Counted from the stretch's first letter, positions 35,708 through 48,900 are shown. The stretch is DNA of 64,000 nucleotides from Amoebophrya sp. A120 (GCA_905178155.1 CAJINV010000001.1:2470089-2534088); one strand, 5' to 3'. Notes: a model not told the origin generated them from the letters alone. A program made the numbers and translations.

Positions 35708-36263
35708 AATTTTTTTCTTATGGGGAGAGATGGGACTTAGAACGACTGCGCAAAACTTGGTGAGGAAAAGCGAAAAAGAATGAAGCGACAACTCCAGATC
35801 AGATTACAATGATCTTCAAGCAGCCTACGACTGGCACTTCGAAATCGAAATCAGCGAGGGTCTTCCAACATAAAAAAAATGTCATCCGCTTCGTACTAAC
35901 TCTTGCGTCCGGGCAGGTACTGAGTTTTTGATGATCTTCAGAAAAGTTCACGATAAAAAGCTGATCCATATGGAATCACGTACTTACCAGCCAGATCTTT
36001 ATCTTCAGCAACAGCGTGACATCTTGTAGATCGGCTCTTCGTACACGTTGCATGTCTTCGTGCAGCAGTAAATAAATTGCGCTGCAAACGAAAACACAAA
36101 ACACTTCCAAATTGCACCATCACGTCGCACGTCCACCAAACCACTCTGTCATTCTGTGTTTCTATTTGCTTCGCAAGCGAAGAGGCAAAAGCCAAAGCCC
36201 AACGACATTTATTTCTGTGTACAACGTGGATCTGGAACTGGATACCTCAATTGAACCAAGCCC

Positions 36264-38112
36264 TCAGGATTCCAGCGCTTCCCGCACGGCTTTGCAAAAT
36301 TCCTTGGGAGAAAACAGCATTACGGAGTGGTCGCCCTTCCCGGTCGGAAAGACCTTCAAGCTTTCCGCGCCCACCCGTGTCGCGAGCAAGGCGCTCCACT
36401 CCCACGGCAACACCGTGTCGTCCTCGGCGCAGATTACGTGTATCCTTACCGGCTCGGTCAATAACACCGAATTTATCCTTGCCCGAAAATCGTCGACAGG
36501 TATGGAGTTTTCGAAGACCGGACCCATCAGCAGATCCAAAGTTTTCGGCGGCTTCAGAACTTCCATCACATCGATCTGCGCGCTTGCTGCGGATAGCAGC
36601 ATGCGGAAATGCATCATTTCCGGATCTTTCTTGATCCACATCCGGACCCCCTCCGCCATGCGCGCATCCCGCGGCGCCGACCGGTACTGACTGCAAACGG
36701 CCGCAAATTTGTTCCCCGGGCGGCGGCGGCGGCGCGGGGGAGGCTCGGCGGGCATGGTTTCCGCAGTGGAATTATCAAATGTAAAAGTGTCTGGGTCTGG
36801 AAGAGTCATGCTGCTTCTGCATGACACAGAAGGTCTGGCATGGAAGCTCTAGCATCACAGATTTCGAGAAGCCTCCGCAATGCCGAATCCGCATGACAAA
36901 TCCCTGACTCTGGTGACAGAAAGTGGGAACTTTTGCTGCCTATGCATGGGAGATTTTTCTGTGTTCTGAAATGCGCATCACAAGTTTGCACTCTTCCAGA
37001 CCCAGACATTTTTACATTTGATAGGAATCCGAAGAGCCCGTGTCGCAGGAAACCTTGGACTATCCTATGTAAAAACGTACCCACCCCATAGTCAAGATGG
37101 GGAATCGGCTAGACAAATCCACAAGCTTTGGCTGTTTCGCATGACAAATTCGGACGCGTAGTGTAGTGCTGTTTGAGCTAGTTCAGCAGCATTACAGATC
37201 TAGTCTCTCATGCTGATTGGAGCATGACAAATTTCAAAACACCATTAGAAAATGCTTCTCATGGGGCTCCGCATGAGAAACATTTTAAGCCTGCAGATTT
37301 GCATGACAACTCTGGTGTGGGTACGTTTTTACTCAGGATATGGACTCCGCCTTGTTTTCCGCGTTCTCCTCCTCTTCATTCTCCTCCACCAGCAGCAACC
37401 GCTCCTTCACGTCCGCCAGCGTCCTATCGGCGTCGAAATCGGTGAAGCTGCCTATGGTTTTGCACTGCGACGTAAAGTAATCGACGAACCATTTCCATTC
37501 TGTTTCGTCCGAAAACTTCAAACCAAGAGCGGTAGAAACCAGGACCAAGGACGTTATCCTTTCCGGGGCGGCAAAGGTGGCCAACACGCCGACGAAACCC
37601 CCGTACGAATGTGCCACGATGGCGGTTTGGCCGACGTTCTCTGCATCAAGGATAGCAAGGAGGTCATCGGCGTAGTGCTGGGGCTTGAAATTCTCCAGAA
37701 TCGCGTCGCCCTCGCCGTCCAGGCGTGACGCACCCCACCCGCGGATGGAGACAGAGATGGTGTAGTATCTGGGTGATAATAGGAAGGTCCGCGATTAGCG
37801 TTGCTTGTCTCCCTCACACACTGCGTTGACAGAGATTGAAAAAGATCAATGCACAAAATCGAAAATGGAAAGAACAGCCGCCGATGAAATATCATCATCA
37901 ACTAAATACGTTTGCTGCCCACTTTCCGGCGTGACGGCGCCACCGGGGACGCTACTGCAGACAAAGTGCGGCGTGGTGCGCCACCAGGAGAGCGCATTGC
38001 CCCCCGCTCCGTGAATGAACGTTATTACCGGTGCGACGGCCCCATCGGCGAGGGTTTTCTTTCCCGAGACAAAGTATTCCAAGTCACAGTTCGTTCCACG
38101 GACAACGGGCAT
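36264..38112 (-). CDS. Alpha/beta-fold hydrolase (~388 aa); 1 GT-AG intron (37769-37909) plus 2 TIR introns
   Basis: FIHGAGGN, SIRGWGAS, nucleophile elbow VAHSYGG, CAEDDTVLP and GDHS catalytic His. The spliced CDS is 1167 nt. Confidence 0.85.
36773..37023. mobile_element. Introner-like TIR element, family A
   Basis: TATCAAATGTAAAAGTGTCTGGG...CCCAGACATTTTTACATTTGATA, DR GGAAT. Removal gives GSSDS|TAETMP. Confidence 0.92.
37061..37340. mobile_element. Introner-like TIR element, family E
   Basis: TIR TATCCT(AT/GA)GTAAAAACGTACCCAC, DR TGGAC. Removal gives NKAES|KVSCD. Confidence 0.9.
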
Positions 38113-38309
38113 GTTGCTTGGAATTTCAAAAAAAAACGCTATGGCTCTGTCTTGTACATGTTTTGTAAAACAACACGCTCATGATCGCGCTCATAGTACA
38201 AACAAAAATCTGTCGCTGCTTCGCTCCGTAACGCCTGTTCCATACCTCCGTGAGAATGCAGCGAACAATCGTCGTTTGATCAGTACTTACGCCGTTTCCC
38301 ACAAGGAGC

Positions 38310-39437
38310 TCATTCTTGCAAATTGATGCTGTCAAAACTTACTGCAGTGCTGATCCCGTTCTTCGCAGTTCGAACGGCTGTTTCTGTGTTTTCAAACTTT
38401 GCTGCTGGAGCCGCGTGAGTCCGAATCAATTCCTTTATCCTGTCAAAACTAGCCTGCAAGTGATTTCGATTTTCTCCATCTGCAGTAGTAGACCCACCCC
38501 AATCAGTGTCTAGTGGTACAAACTTTTCCTGAAGGTCTACCACTAGCCGAATCCCTCCCTTTGCTACGAAAATGCACCACAACTTCCCGTCGTCTTTCCA
38601 TTCGGCAAGTAGGGCCTCGATGTTCGTCCGCAACCCTTCAGCATCCTTGTCCTTCAACCTCGCCCGAAGATCACGGAGGCGCGAGCCGACTTGATGATAA
38701 CAACGATAAGTTTTCGCGTAGGTCGCGTAAGTTGCGGTCGTGCTGGTTGTTTTGGCAGCGTCTGTGGATAAACTTGTTGTCTCCAGCTGCTCGGTTATTT
38801 CCCCTTTCACGACCGCCTCTCCGGATTCGAGGGCTTTTTGCCATGGCTCATCTTTTGTAAACAGCTCTTCTATCTCCTCCTTCGTACGGCAGGCCCCCAA
38901 CCTCCGCAGCACGTACTTGCACACATTCCAGTGCGCCAGTCCGCAGTGGGCTTCAAACAATCTGATCCACTTCTTCTCCAGTTGATCTGACGTGAGCCAA
39001 GCGGACTCAACTTTCGAAGCTGTAAGCATCAGGACCTCGTCAGCTCGCGCGGGAACCGGTTTCCCTTTCAGTACTGCTGGAACGAAGCACCGGTCGAAGC
39101 TGCCCGCTCTGAGTAGCGCGGCCAGAAGATTCACCTTCAAAACAGACAGGAGCTGCTCTCGCTTCTCGAATTGTTCCCGGGACTTGATGTCGACTTCAAC
39201 GGCGGCCCGAACACCTTCTTCCCAGCATCGCACGGCGAGCGCGTAGTCCTTCGAGGCGAACGCAATACGGCCCTCCTGCTGCTTGACTTCGAGAATGTGC
39301 AGCGCGTCCCGGTTTACCGACTGGCCGAGATTTTTGCGAGTGAAACTCACCTTCGTCACCGCGGTTGGCTTTCGTGGGAGGTAAGTAGCTCGGGCATCAT
39401 CGTGTCCTAGTGCTGAGGGCATCTTCACACCCGACAT
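38310..39437 (-). CDS. TPR-like helical protein
   Basis: KQQEGRIAFASKDYALAVRCWEEGV and LKVNLLAALLRAGSFDRC resemble TPR units of co-chaperones. Likely start MSGVKMPS. Confidence 0.6.
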   Translation of the reverse strand: MSGVKMPSALGHDDARATYLPRKPTAVTKVSFTRKNLGQSVNRDALHILEVKQQEGRIAFASKDYALAVRCWEEGVRAAVEVDIKSREQFEKREQLLSVLKVNLLAALLRAGSFDRCFVPAVLKGKPVPARADEVLMLTASKVESAWLTSDQLEKKWIRLFEAHCGLAHWNVCKYVLRRLGACRTKEEIEELFTKDEPWQKALESGEAVVKGEITEQLETTSLSTDAAKTTSTTATYATYAKTYRCYHQVGSRLRDLRARLKDKDAEGLRTNIEALLAEWKDDGKLWCIFVAKGGIRLVVDLQEKFVPLDTDWGGSTTADGENRNHLQASFDRIKELIRTHAAPAAKFENTETAVRTAKNGISTAVSFDSINLQE

Positions 39438-39599
39438 TTTTCTACGCTGATTTATTAACGACTGATCGAGGCCACAGTAGCAGCACACGCGACGGGCAAT
39501 TCGAAGGAAACAGGGCAAGCAGAACAAAGAAAACAACAACTGCCTGTTGAGGACAACTTACGCGTGCCGTTCTCCTCTCCCTCTGGATCTGATGCGGAG

Positions 39600-40790
39600 G
39601 CGCATTGCGAGACCTCACATTTCTCGCATTCGCCAATTGAACACGGTGGCGCCTGTGCGCAATGCGCACGGGAAACGCAGGGCCCTGCCAGGAAGTAAAT
39701 GGATAAATTGCTCAAACGCAAACCCAGGATGCTCCTCGGGGCGAAGCGCGGCATGGAGAGGAATACAAGCGAGCAAAGGACCGTGTGCGGCAGCCGCCGT
39801 TCGCGGCAATGTACAAAACAGGCTGCGCCGCACCCCATCGCGCAGGGTGGCGAGGGTGGGAACAAGGCAAGTGACGACCGGCAGCTTGGGCATGCAAAAC
39901 ATTCAGAGCACGGCGGGCCGCTGGATGCCCCCAGCGAGGAACGCGGCACCGCGGGCGCCGGCAGCCGGACCCGGTGCAGAACCGGGGGCCCGCCAAACAA
40001 AGGGCGGAGCCACCGCCCGGCGCGGCCGCGAGGCGCGCCAAGAGCAAGGAGCAGCCCCGAGGGCCAGGCCGCCCCGCGCCCGCGCACAAGCGCGCGCCCG
40101 GCCCGCGGGGGGGAATGGGAGAACCAGCCCGCGGCGGGGGCCTGTTTGCCGGCAAACCGGCCAGCCGCGAAGACTCTGCGCACGCCGGGCCGCGTCAAAG
40201 GCGCCCGCTTAATCAAGAAGAGGGACGAACGGCGATCAGATTCCGGCACCAATTCAGGCGCTGCCGGCACTCTTGCACCAATTCAAGGATCACCCACGGG
40301 CATCCGCTTGGCCCAGGGCCCACACCCCGACGCCCGTGGCCTTCTTCCAGACAGCCATCGGGGCCATACGACGCGGCCAACCCAGGAAGTTTACGGGGGC
40401 CAAGCGAGGCAACCGCGAGGCGCCCCGGCCCCCCTGCGCGCGGCGAAAAGCGGCGCGACCCGGTGCGGCCGCTTCGAACACTCTCCCCGGCGTACGCCGG
40501 AGCCATAGGCCCGCCGAACACTCCCGGCAGGAGTTTCTGCCAGATTTCCCGCCCCGCGTCCCTGCTTTTCTTGAATTCCTGCAGCGCCGCCGAAGCTCCC
40601 GGCGGACGCGTGTCCTGCCCGCGGTTCTGTTCGCGCGAGTCGCGCGCCCCGCGGGTGCGGGTGGTGCACCTGTCGCACCGGCTGCAGGCGAAAACTAAGT
40701 CTCGGAGCCCGCGCCGGCTCGATCTAAACGGCGGGGGCCGCTTCGAGCGGATCGGGCTAGTCCTCGGAGCTCGTCGGGCGCCGTGCTAGG
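39600..40790. other. Very GC-rich intergenic island, possible non-autonomous mobile element
   Basis: GC content visibly far above the flanks, only low-complexity Arg/Pro/Gly/Ala ORFs, and a hairpin CCGCT-TCG-AGCGG followed by CTAG|T at 40757-40761. Confidence 0.35.
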
Positions 40791-41238
40791 CTGGCGCTAT
40801 TAGAATTGCAACCCGGGCAAAGAAAAGCGCCGCGCTAGACGTGTGCCTCCCATACATAGTGGGGGCGCTCCAAGATGGAGACGGCTCGCGGTTGTGCGCC
40901 TGTTCTTGAGAAGGCCAAATGCCAAGATTGCGCGAAAGATTGAGAACGGGCACAAATTCCAATCTTTGCGAGAACACGAATCAAAATAGCAAGCCACCGC
41001 AGCCGAGATTCGGACCTCAGGTTTTTTCAGTTGTGAACTAGCGGAAGAAGTATCGACGTCGATGTTCTTCTGTGTGTCACTTCTTCACATGTCTGTCGGG
41101 TGCGTGACGCGTCAAGTGTATAAATGGTCCTCCCGGGGTTCCCGAGGAAACACGCTCTTTGGGGAGTGCCAGTAGGGGGAATAAAATGTATGTAGCGGCA
41201 GGTAGCAGCAAAAACACTACTTTTCCACACTTCAACAT

Positions 41239-43341
41239 CTACAACTCCTCCCGGGTCGGCTTGTCGTTGGCGAAGAGCTGCTGGGCCAATTGTTTCTGGT
41301 TGGAAGTTAGGCGCTTTGGCATCTCCACCTCTACCTTGACGAACAGGTTTCCAAACTGTGTTGGGTCGTCCTTGTGCGGCATACCTTCCCCCTTGATCTT
41401 GAACACCTGGAATGGCTGGGTGGTGTCGGATGTCTCGAAATTCACCGTGTGGCCGTCCAGATGGGAGATTTTTCGCTGTTTTGTTATTTGGGTTTCAAAG
41501 CTCCACACGACAACATGGATGATCCACTGCAATTGCAAAACATCACTTGCGAACTCAATTCGCAGCCTGTAGCTTCGAATATTTCAACAGCTTGCACCGA
41601 ATCCCATCAAATGAACCTACTTCATTTACCTTAAAGCCGAGCATAGCCTCCTTGAGCGAGATCTTGGTTGATATGTGGAGGTTGTTGCCCTTGCGCTCAA
41701 ATCTGTTGTGTGGTCGCTGCTGGAGAATGAGAATGACGTCGCCAGGAAGCTGCCCAGGACTCTGCTCCGCCATGTGCGGAAACGTGATTCGGTCACCGTC
41801 GCGCATACCTCGCTCGATCTCCGTATGCAAGTATGCGACGTCCTGATAGTGTGAAAAGCGACGATGATGATGGATGAAAATTTTTTTGCAGACCCGGCAC
41901 GAATGACACAGCAAAGAGCTGCACAACTACAGTTCGCATGAGAAACACATCTTCACGCACACATCAGTACCTGTTGGCAGCGGTCCTTGCTGGGCACTTC
42001 CTGTTGCTGCTGGATGACCATACCGGGTCCGATTTGCTGCTGCACCATCTTGACTTCGTTCGGACAGCGGTTACAGCTCATGCAGTTCGGGTGGTTTGGG
42101 TCGTTTCGGCACACCCGGCAGATTACTCGCCGTCTGTGGTGGTCCGTGCGCTTGGCGCCGGTGTAGAGCTCCTCGAGTGTGACCGGTTTCGTCAGCTGGA
42201 AATCCTTGCCGCTCGGCATCTGCTCCTTCACTCCCTCCATGCCGCAGCAGTCGTAACGCGCGCGCTTGGCCGGGTCGGAGAGCACTTCGTACGCAGCGGT
42301 CATCTCTTGGTACATGGCGATGATGTTCGGATCCGAGTTCTTGTCCGGGTGGTACGCGAGGGAAAGCTTTCGGTACGCCTTTTTGATCTCCGCCGGGGAA
42401 ATCTCCTCGCCCCGCTCGTGCTTCTCGTGAAGCCCGAGGAGCTGTGGTTTTTGAGTAGATCATTGGAGTGCATTTGCTGTATGGGATGATTCGCAACACA
42501 CAAAAAGTGCACTTCTACTGATACGGAACCACAAACAGCAAGGACGAAATCTAAAAAATCTATCAACACCAGTAGATTCTGTACCTCATAAAGATCCTGC
42601 GAGTCCTTGAATGCGGAATGGTCGAAGACCTTATCGAAGACCGCGCTCGCCCTTTCTTTCCTGCTCGACGGCTCCCGGTTGTCTAGTGCCCTGTGCCCCA
42701 CCAACTCAATGCTCATCAACGCGTCGGGGTCCTGCGTCTTCGGCATGTCGCCGTGCACCCGCATGGTGTGCAGCCCGTCGCCGCCCCACATGATGAAAAT
42801 CTTCTGCGCGCCCTGGTGCTCGTACGCCGCCCACCGGCACTGCCCGGGCATCATACAGGACTGCGTCGGGGCCTCGAAGGAGCCGTCTTTGTTGAATTTT
42901 ACGTTCCCCCACCGGTTCCAGTACCACTCCGTCCCCTTCATCCAGTTAAACTCCTTTGCTATCTTCTCCTCGATGCCCGCCGGAAATTTCGTCTCCTGGG
43001 GTCGCTGCCGTCGGCCCATGCCGGGGTGCCCTCCGAAGTGAATTTGCTGCCCGCCACCCTGTATTATTTGATGGAGTGTTTGTGTTTATTCAGATTGCAG
43101 TTGTTCAACAAGAACTACCCTTTACGTTGTACAGACGTGCGATGAAACACATGCATAAAATGATGTATGATCCAGAATCACAATTGTGCTACATGTAGTT
43201 GTGAAGCACTTGCTTTACCATGTGAAATTGGTGGAATCCCTCGCCGCCGCCCCCAAAGGCCTGGTTAAGAATATCCTCGATGAAAGCATGCGCATCGTCG
43301 ACAGACGCCAAGGTCGTCAGAAGCAAACGAAAAGCGCCCAT
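41239..43341 (-). CDS. DNAJB11: ER DnaJ/Hsp40 co-chaperone (ERdj3/DNAJB11-like), multi-exon with GT-AG introns
   Basis: Signal-like [14 protein letters not shown] domain [18 protein letters not shown]...AYEVLSD, QQIGPGM, PGDVIL...[18 protein letters not shown], and C-terminal REEL ER-retention-like signal. Confidence 0.8.
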
Positions 43342-44068
43342 GCTGGTAGCAGGTATAAGAAAATAAGAGCACCAAATTTACAGGAGGTTGCCGTAGACCA
43401 ACTAATATGGTTGAATGCTTTATTGAAATTCCGGTGTCGTCAGAGAAATGAAAATCAGTATGAAAAAGAAAACTTTGTTCGGTCGTCTCGTCTACTTTCA
43501 AAAAAAGCGTGTAAGTGGGTGCCTACGTCGGAAAAAAAATCCAGGTACAAAATGTTGGTGTAGCCTATGGCGGGAAGAGCCTGCAAAATTGATCCAAATT
43601 GTCCACAGATAACCGCGCGATACGCGAGATTGCAAAAAGAGTGTTTTGCGACATGGTGATCCTTTGAAAACCAATACCAATTTTGATCCTCCGGAAATTT
43701 CGTTCGTGAAAATGAGATCCTCGTCGGTGATCAATTTGTTATTCGACCGCGTCAGACTTTTTAAAAAACCGACTCATCATGATTGCAGGACTAGCTTGTC
43801 TGACACGTGCTCAAATCCACAACTGATGAAAGACAAAGCATGGAAAATTCTACACAAAGTAACTCCTGCGCTTTCGTAAAGATGTCGTCGGTGCAACGCT
43901 AAGCGTCTTCACGCTATAGAAGTCGTTCCAGGTTCAGTTCGTCCGAAATAGTAATCTTGGATAGGTTTCTCGACAAGGGATACTTGAAGCAGTGGTTTTC
44001 ATTTCGTCTAGTGGTAGTGCCACCCACATGGTGGGCATGAAGAGAATCATTCATTCATACAACTTTCT

Positions 44069-45461
44069 TCACCCCATTATTCCGGCCGGTGAAGAATCCT
44101 GCTCGCCAAAAGCTTCGAGATTCACCGCGGGCGTCGTTGGGTCCGCGATTCCTCTTTCATCCATTTCCAAGACTTGCGCAAAGTCGCCGGAGGAAGATTC
44201 TTTGAAGATAGCCATCTGACTGTTGCCGTAGTTTACTTGGAGCATGCCGCCGACCTAGAAAAGTAGAATATGAATGACATGGTGCACTATTCTATGCGGT
44301 GGTAGTGCAGTAAGAAAACTGCCAACACACGACATTTTCTGGAAAACCGAGTATGTTTCTAGAGGTCACTTGAGTTCATCTTTGCGCCGTCCTGTCATTT
44401 GAAAAATCATACCTGTGAAAACTCGACGCTCCACACGGGCTTTCCCTGGAACTCCTCCCTGAAAAGCTTTACGGGCCGCCAGATGGTGTCACACCTTTGC
44501 CAAACGACCACCGTGCCATCCTTCGAGCAACTAGCGAGGATGTCAGACCGGTGTCCCTGGTAGGGTCGCCACGCGATCCCGGTTACCCAGTCCTTGTGCC
44601 CGGCCCCGCTGGACATGTCGACGTCCTCTCGAACCTAAAGTTGTCGTATTTTTGCACAGTGGAGCGGCATGCTTTGTACGCTCACCCAACCTTTCATGTT
44701 GCGACTGCGAGGTCTCATCACAGTGAAGAAAAAAAAACACACTTCTCGTACCCAGCTCCCATTCTTGAAGATCCACACCTTCACCGCGGCGTCTAACCCG
44801 CCGGTGGCGATTTTCGCACCCTCTAGCCCGTTCCCGAGTTCAAAGCAGCCCATCGGCGCCCAGCAAAGAGCGCGCACGCCACAGGGGTGTGCGAGGAAGG
44901 TGGTTCGGGTCCACTGGTCGCGTTCGTATTGGAGCAGTCCTACGTTTCCGTCGCTGCCGGCCGAGGCGAGCACCAAGCCGCACTCAAAAGGCGCGAACGC
45001 TACCTGGTTCACGCACGCCCTCGCTTGCTCGTCCTTGTATGCGAGCTGCTGGTCTTTCCAGATCAGGACCTGTTGGATTGGCGTCGTACGCGTTTTTGCT
45101 GCAGAAAATTTGAATTTCGCAGCATGAACAGGTTCAAACATCCATGTACTTATATGCAACGTCAAAGCATAATTTTGATTTTTTTCCAGATAATCAAACC
45201 TCTCTTCTATACCTGCTTATCATACCCGCAGCTGGCCAGCACCCCTGGGTATTTTGGGTGGGCCCAGCACACGGACCATACCGGTGCCTGGTGCCCCTTC
45301 AGCTCCGCAACGGCTTGCGGCCTGTCAGCGTTGGAGATGTCCCATATTCTCACGCTGCCGTCGTGGCCGGCTGTCGCTAATCTTCTGCCATAGTAATCCA
45401 GCTGCACGTCGTGAATCTGGCCCTCGTGCCCGGTCTCGATACGACCGATCGTTTGCGCCAT
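44069..45461 (-). CDS. SEC13: COPII/nuclear pore WD40 protein Sec13, multi-exon
   Basis: ETGHEGQIHDVQLDYYGRRLATA...LKGHQAPVWSVCWAHPKYPGVLASCGYD, and GHKDWVTGIAW. Confidence 0.93.
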
Positions 45462-45994
45462 TCTGTCGCTTTCTTGAAAACGTATAGAACAATTTAGGTC
45501 GTCGCGTTTATATGTAGTATCTTCTTCTAAAGGTTGTGATGTGTTCTTTTCGTTTTTCTGAGTGCTTACTACATACTACGCAAGCGGTTATTGTATTTGT
45601 TTTTCCATCGCTGCTAATTTTTTTGGATAGGACTGCTCTAGAGACCGACAGAAGTAGCACCAAGGCTTCGTGATGAATCATTTGGATTTGTTCGCCGTAT
45701 CGTGAGAGCTTGGAGTTCAAAGTTCGAGAGACTGATCCTTCTGTAATTGACTCATGCTCAAAAATCGGAACACGTGCATACAGCGATCAAACGTTCAAGC
45801 AGCGAACTGTTGTATGGTTTTCTTGTTGAGCGATATTAGTTCAGCAGAATCATCCACCCGAATACTGTATTTGTGGCGGAGAAACAAAGTCGAGTAGCAT
45901 CGAACTTACATGAGGGGAAAAAAACTCGAGGACAAGTTCTCTTTCTTGTTCATCCGGTTGCGGTTCATCGAGCTCGAGGAAGATTAAACGTATT

Positions 45995-48900
45995 TTACAT
46001 AAGTGATCGATACAGCTGGCCGGGAGAGGATCCAGCCCGCGCAAGCCTCTGCCAAAAGACCTGCTGCGGCCCGCGAAAGGGGAGGTATTCTTCTGGTACC
46101 TCCGGCGTCTCGTCGGCAAAGGATATCCGCGACTTGCTAGGTGATGAATTGCTTGATCCACTCCTACGAAGGCTGGAACTCTGCGGCCTATCCGCGTCAA
46201 ATTTCTTCGCCAAGTTTTCCAGAGGGAGCGCCGGAATGAACACTGACGTCCCGCTGCCTCTAGCGAGCGACTTCGTAGAACGGGAAGAGCGCGAAGAAGA
46301 ACTTGGGTCGGAGACAAACTCGTGCTCTTCGTTGCTGCGCGCCAGCGTCTCGCCTTCTGGTTTCTTCTTCTGCTCGATCTTTCCGTCCATTCCAGGTGCC
46401 TCTATGTTCACACTGGAAGACAGCCCCACCGCAAGGCTGCGATATCGCGTGCTATGCTGTTGTACCTCCGATTCTACCACGGATGTTGACGTTCTCAGGC
46501 TAATGGGCTTTGACGACGGTGCAGAAGAAGAAGCTCCGATCGGTCTAATATCACCTTCGACAGCAGCTGCACCAACGGTACCGGAACTCCTACTCATCTT
46601 TTCCTGAAAAGAAGACGACGAAGTCCCGCTTGTCATCTCTACTCGCTGCGACCGTAGAGCTTGAAAAGCAGCTTCCCCTTTTGCTAGTTCTTTCTTGACG
46701 GCTGCCAGGGCTGGCTGTTCAGCTTGCTTGTTTTTCGGAAGTAAAGCATCTTGTTCCACTCTGGATTTTTCGTTAGCGGTGACGAAACTCAGCTCCCCGG
46801 TCGCATTGATGAAGTCTGATTTTTCAGCGTTTTTGAAGGCACCTAAAGAGGGCGCAATCTCCACCGTGGTGCTTGTAGTAGCAGCCATTCCCGTCAATTT
46901 TTTGGTTACCGAAGACCTCGCAGCGACCAACTTCTCCATGGCTGCAGTCAAATCCCGGCACGCATCGAGCCGCTCCTGGTGCGCCGCGTCCAGCACTCGC
47001 TTCTCGGCTTGCAGTTCGAGAAGTTTCCTTTTACTCTCCGACCTTGACAGAGAGGAGTTAGTCTCTTCTTCCTCATCTTGACAAAGAGCAGTCAACCTCC
47101 TCTTTTGCGCCGGTTTTACTACTTCCTCCCGCACCGACCCGATATTAACCAGCCCGTTCCGCATCAAACTCGTGCTGTGCTGGTAAAAACTGTCCAAATT
47201 TTCTGAGTCGGGGGAAACAGCACGACTGGTAACTAGGCTGGCAGAAGCCGAAAGAAGTTTCTCCGCTTGCTCTTCCATGCTTTTCGACTGTTTCCGGAGT
47301 TTTTGCAACCGGTCGAAGATGTCCGGTCCGATTTTTTCGTTCGCGAGATGGAAAGAGCGATGATTTTTGATAGTACTGGTGGTGAATTTCACAGGCGAGA
47401 AAACCTCTTGTCCTTTTTCGTTCTCCTCTTGCTGTGGCACGTCTTGCACTTGTTCAGACTTTTCGCACTTTTCGCTGGCTGCCTTGGAGGATGATGATGC
47501 CAGCGGCGCTGGAGCGGGTCGTTGTGCAACAACTTCCTCTTGCGGGAGTTTTCCTTGTTGTTGTTGTTTTGTACTACTATGATCTTCGCAACTCTCAGAA
47601 GTAGACGACGATTGGCTCAAAATAACTCCCCGAACGTGCCTGGCAACTTTCGCGATTTTCCCAAACGAGGTATAATGCGAGTTGTATTTCGGACGCGATG
47701 GATTCTCTGAGTACAGCCCTTCTGCTTGTTGTGACGAAGCCGCCACACTTTGCGACGAGGACTTCGAAGATACGCTAGAACGATCTCCCGTCGTGCCGTG
47801 CCGCTTCAAAAAAGCTTCAAATGTCTCGTCCACCTCGCGGTCGGATAGCTTGTCGATGCTGTGCTGCAAAAAACCAGGACTGGGTTTTTTACCAAGAGAA
47901 TCCTCCTGTTCCACCGCCGAGCTCGTCCCGCTGCTACTCGTCGCCGAATGCTGCACTGGGTTCTCGCCGTGCAAAACCGCAACTGCTTGGTTCTGCAGGC
48001 GACGGAGATTTGCCCTTTCGTCCTTCAACTTCCCGGTTCCTAGAAATGCGTCGTCCTTATTCTTCACTGTCAGCTCCTTCTTCAGAAATTCGTTCTTCAA
48101 ATCTATGATCCGCTTCTCTGCTTGACACGTAGTGACTGTACTTTGATTTGTCTGCTCCGCCAGCGGTTCCAGTGACGCAGACGTCGGGTCGTGAACAAGC
48201 GTAGTTGTTGTGTTATTTCCAGCGTTAGTACTTCCATTCGGGTCCCGGAACCGGCTAGATCTGTACCGAAGCGAAAAGCTTGCGCCGGCTGGCTTCCTTT
48301 CTATTGCACTACTTTCCGCTGGATCTGTAGATGCAGCAGCAGCACCGCCGAGAGATAATTCTTCTGGAAGTATCGTCTGCGATAAAGCGAAGTCCTCGTC
48401 TTTCGCAGACAACAACGGCGAGAACAGCTGCTGTTCCTCGAAACTGAACCTTGAAAATTCGTCCCCCTTGTCAATCGGGCTCATGTTGAACGTGAAATCG
48501 TGCCGGGTGCTGCTCATCAGATTCGTCCTCGCCAGAAACTCTTCAACGACCGTCTCCGCTAGAAAAGGCGTCGCTTCGATAAACTCCTCGGCAGGAGGGA
48601 TCGGTAAGATGTCAGCAGTTTTCATCGTTTTCGATGCCACTATTCCTGCTGAAATTCCTTCTACCGTTTGTGGTTCAGGTGCTAGTGCTATTCGTCGCGC
48701 TCTCCTCGCCAGTCTCATCTGCGAATTCCCGCTCGGAAATGAAGAAGATTTATTCACGACTGGCAGTGGCCGGTGCCACTGTCGCAAAAACCGCCTGACT
48801 TCCGGCGGAGACATGGAAGATTGGTAGCTGCTGGCCGACGTGGTCTTGTGCGAGGGATTGCGCTCCGGCTCTTGCGGCAGAAACGGTGTAGTTGTCATGC

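Noticed and set aside
34145-35791. Retrotransposon or the transposase mobilising the introners
   Set aside because: Only an RNase HI domain is present, with no RT, integrase, LTRs or TIRs. No autonomous transposase is visible in the window.
39455-40789. 270-aa ORFs on both strands in the GC island
   Set aside because: Stop-codon scarcity from extreme GC content and low-complexity Arg/Pro/Ala/Gly composition.
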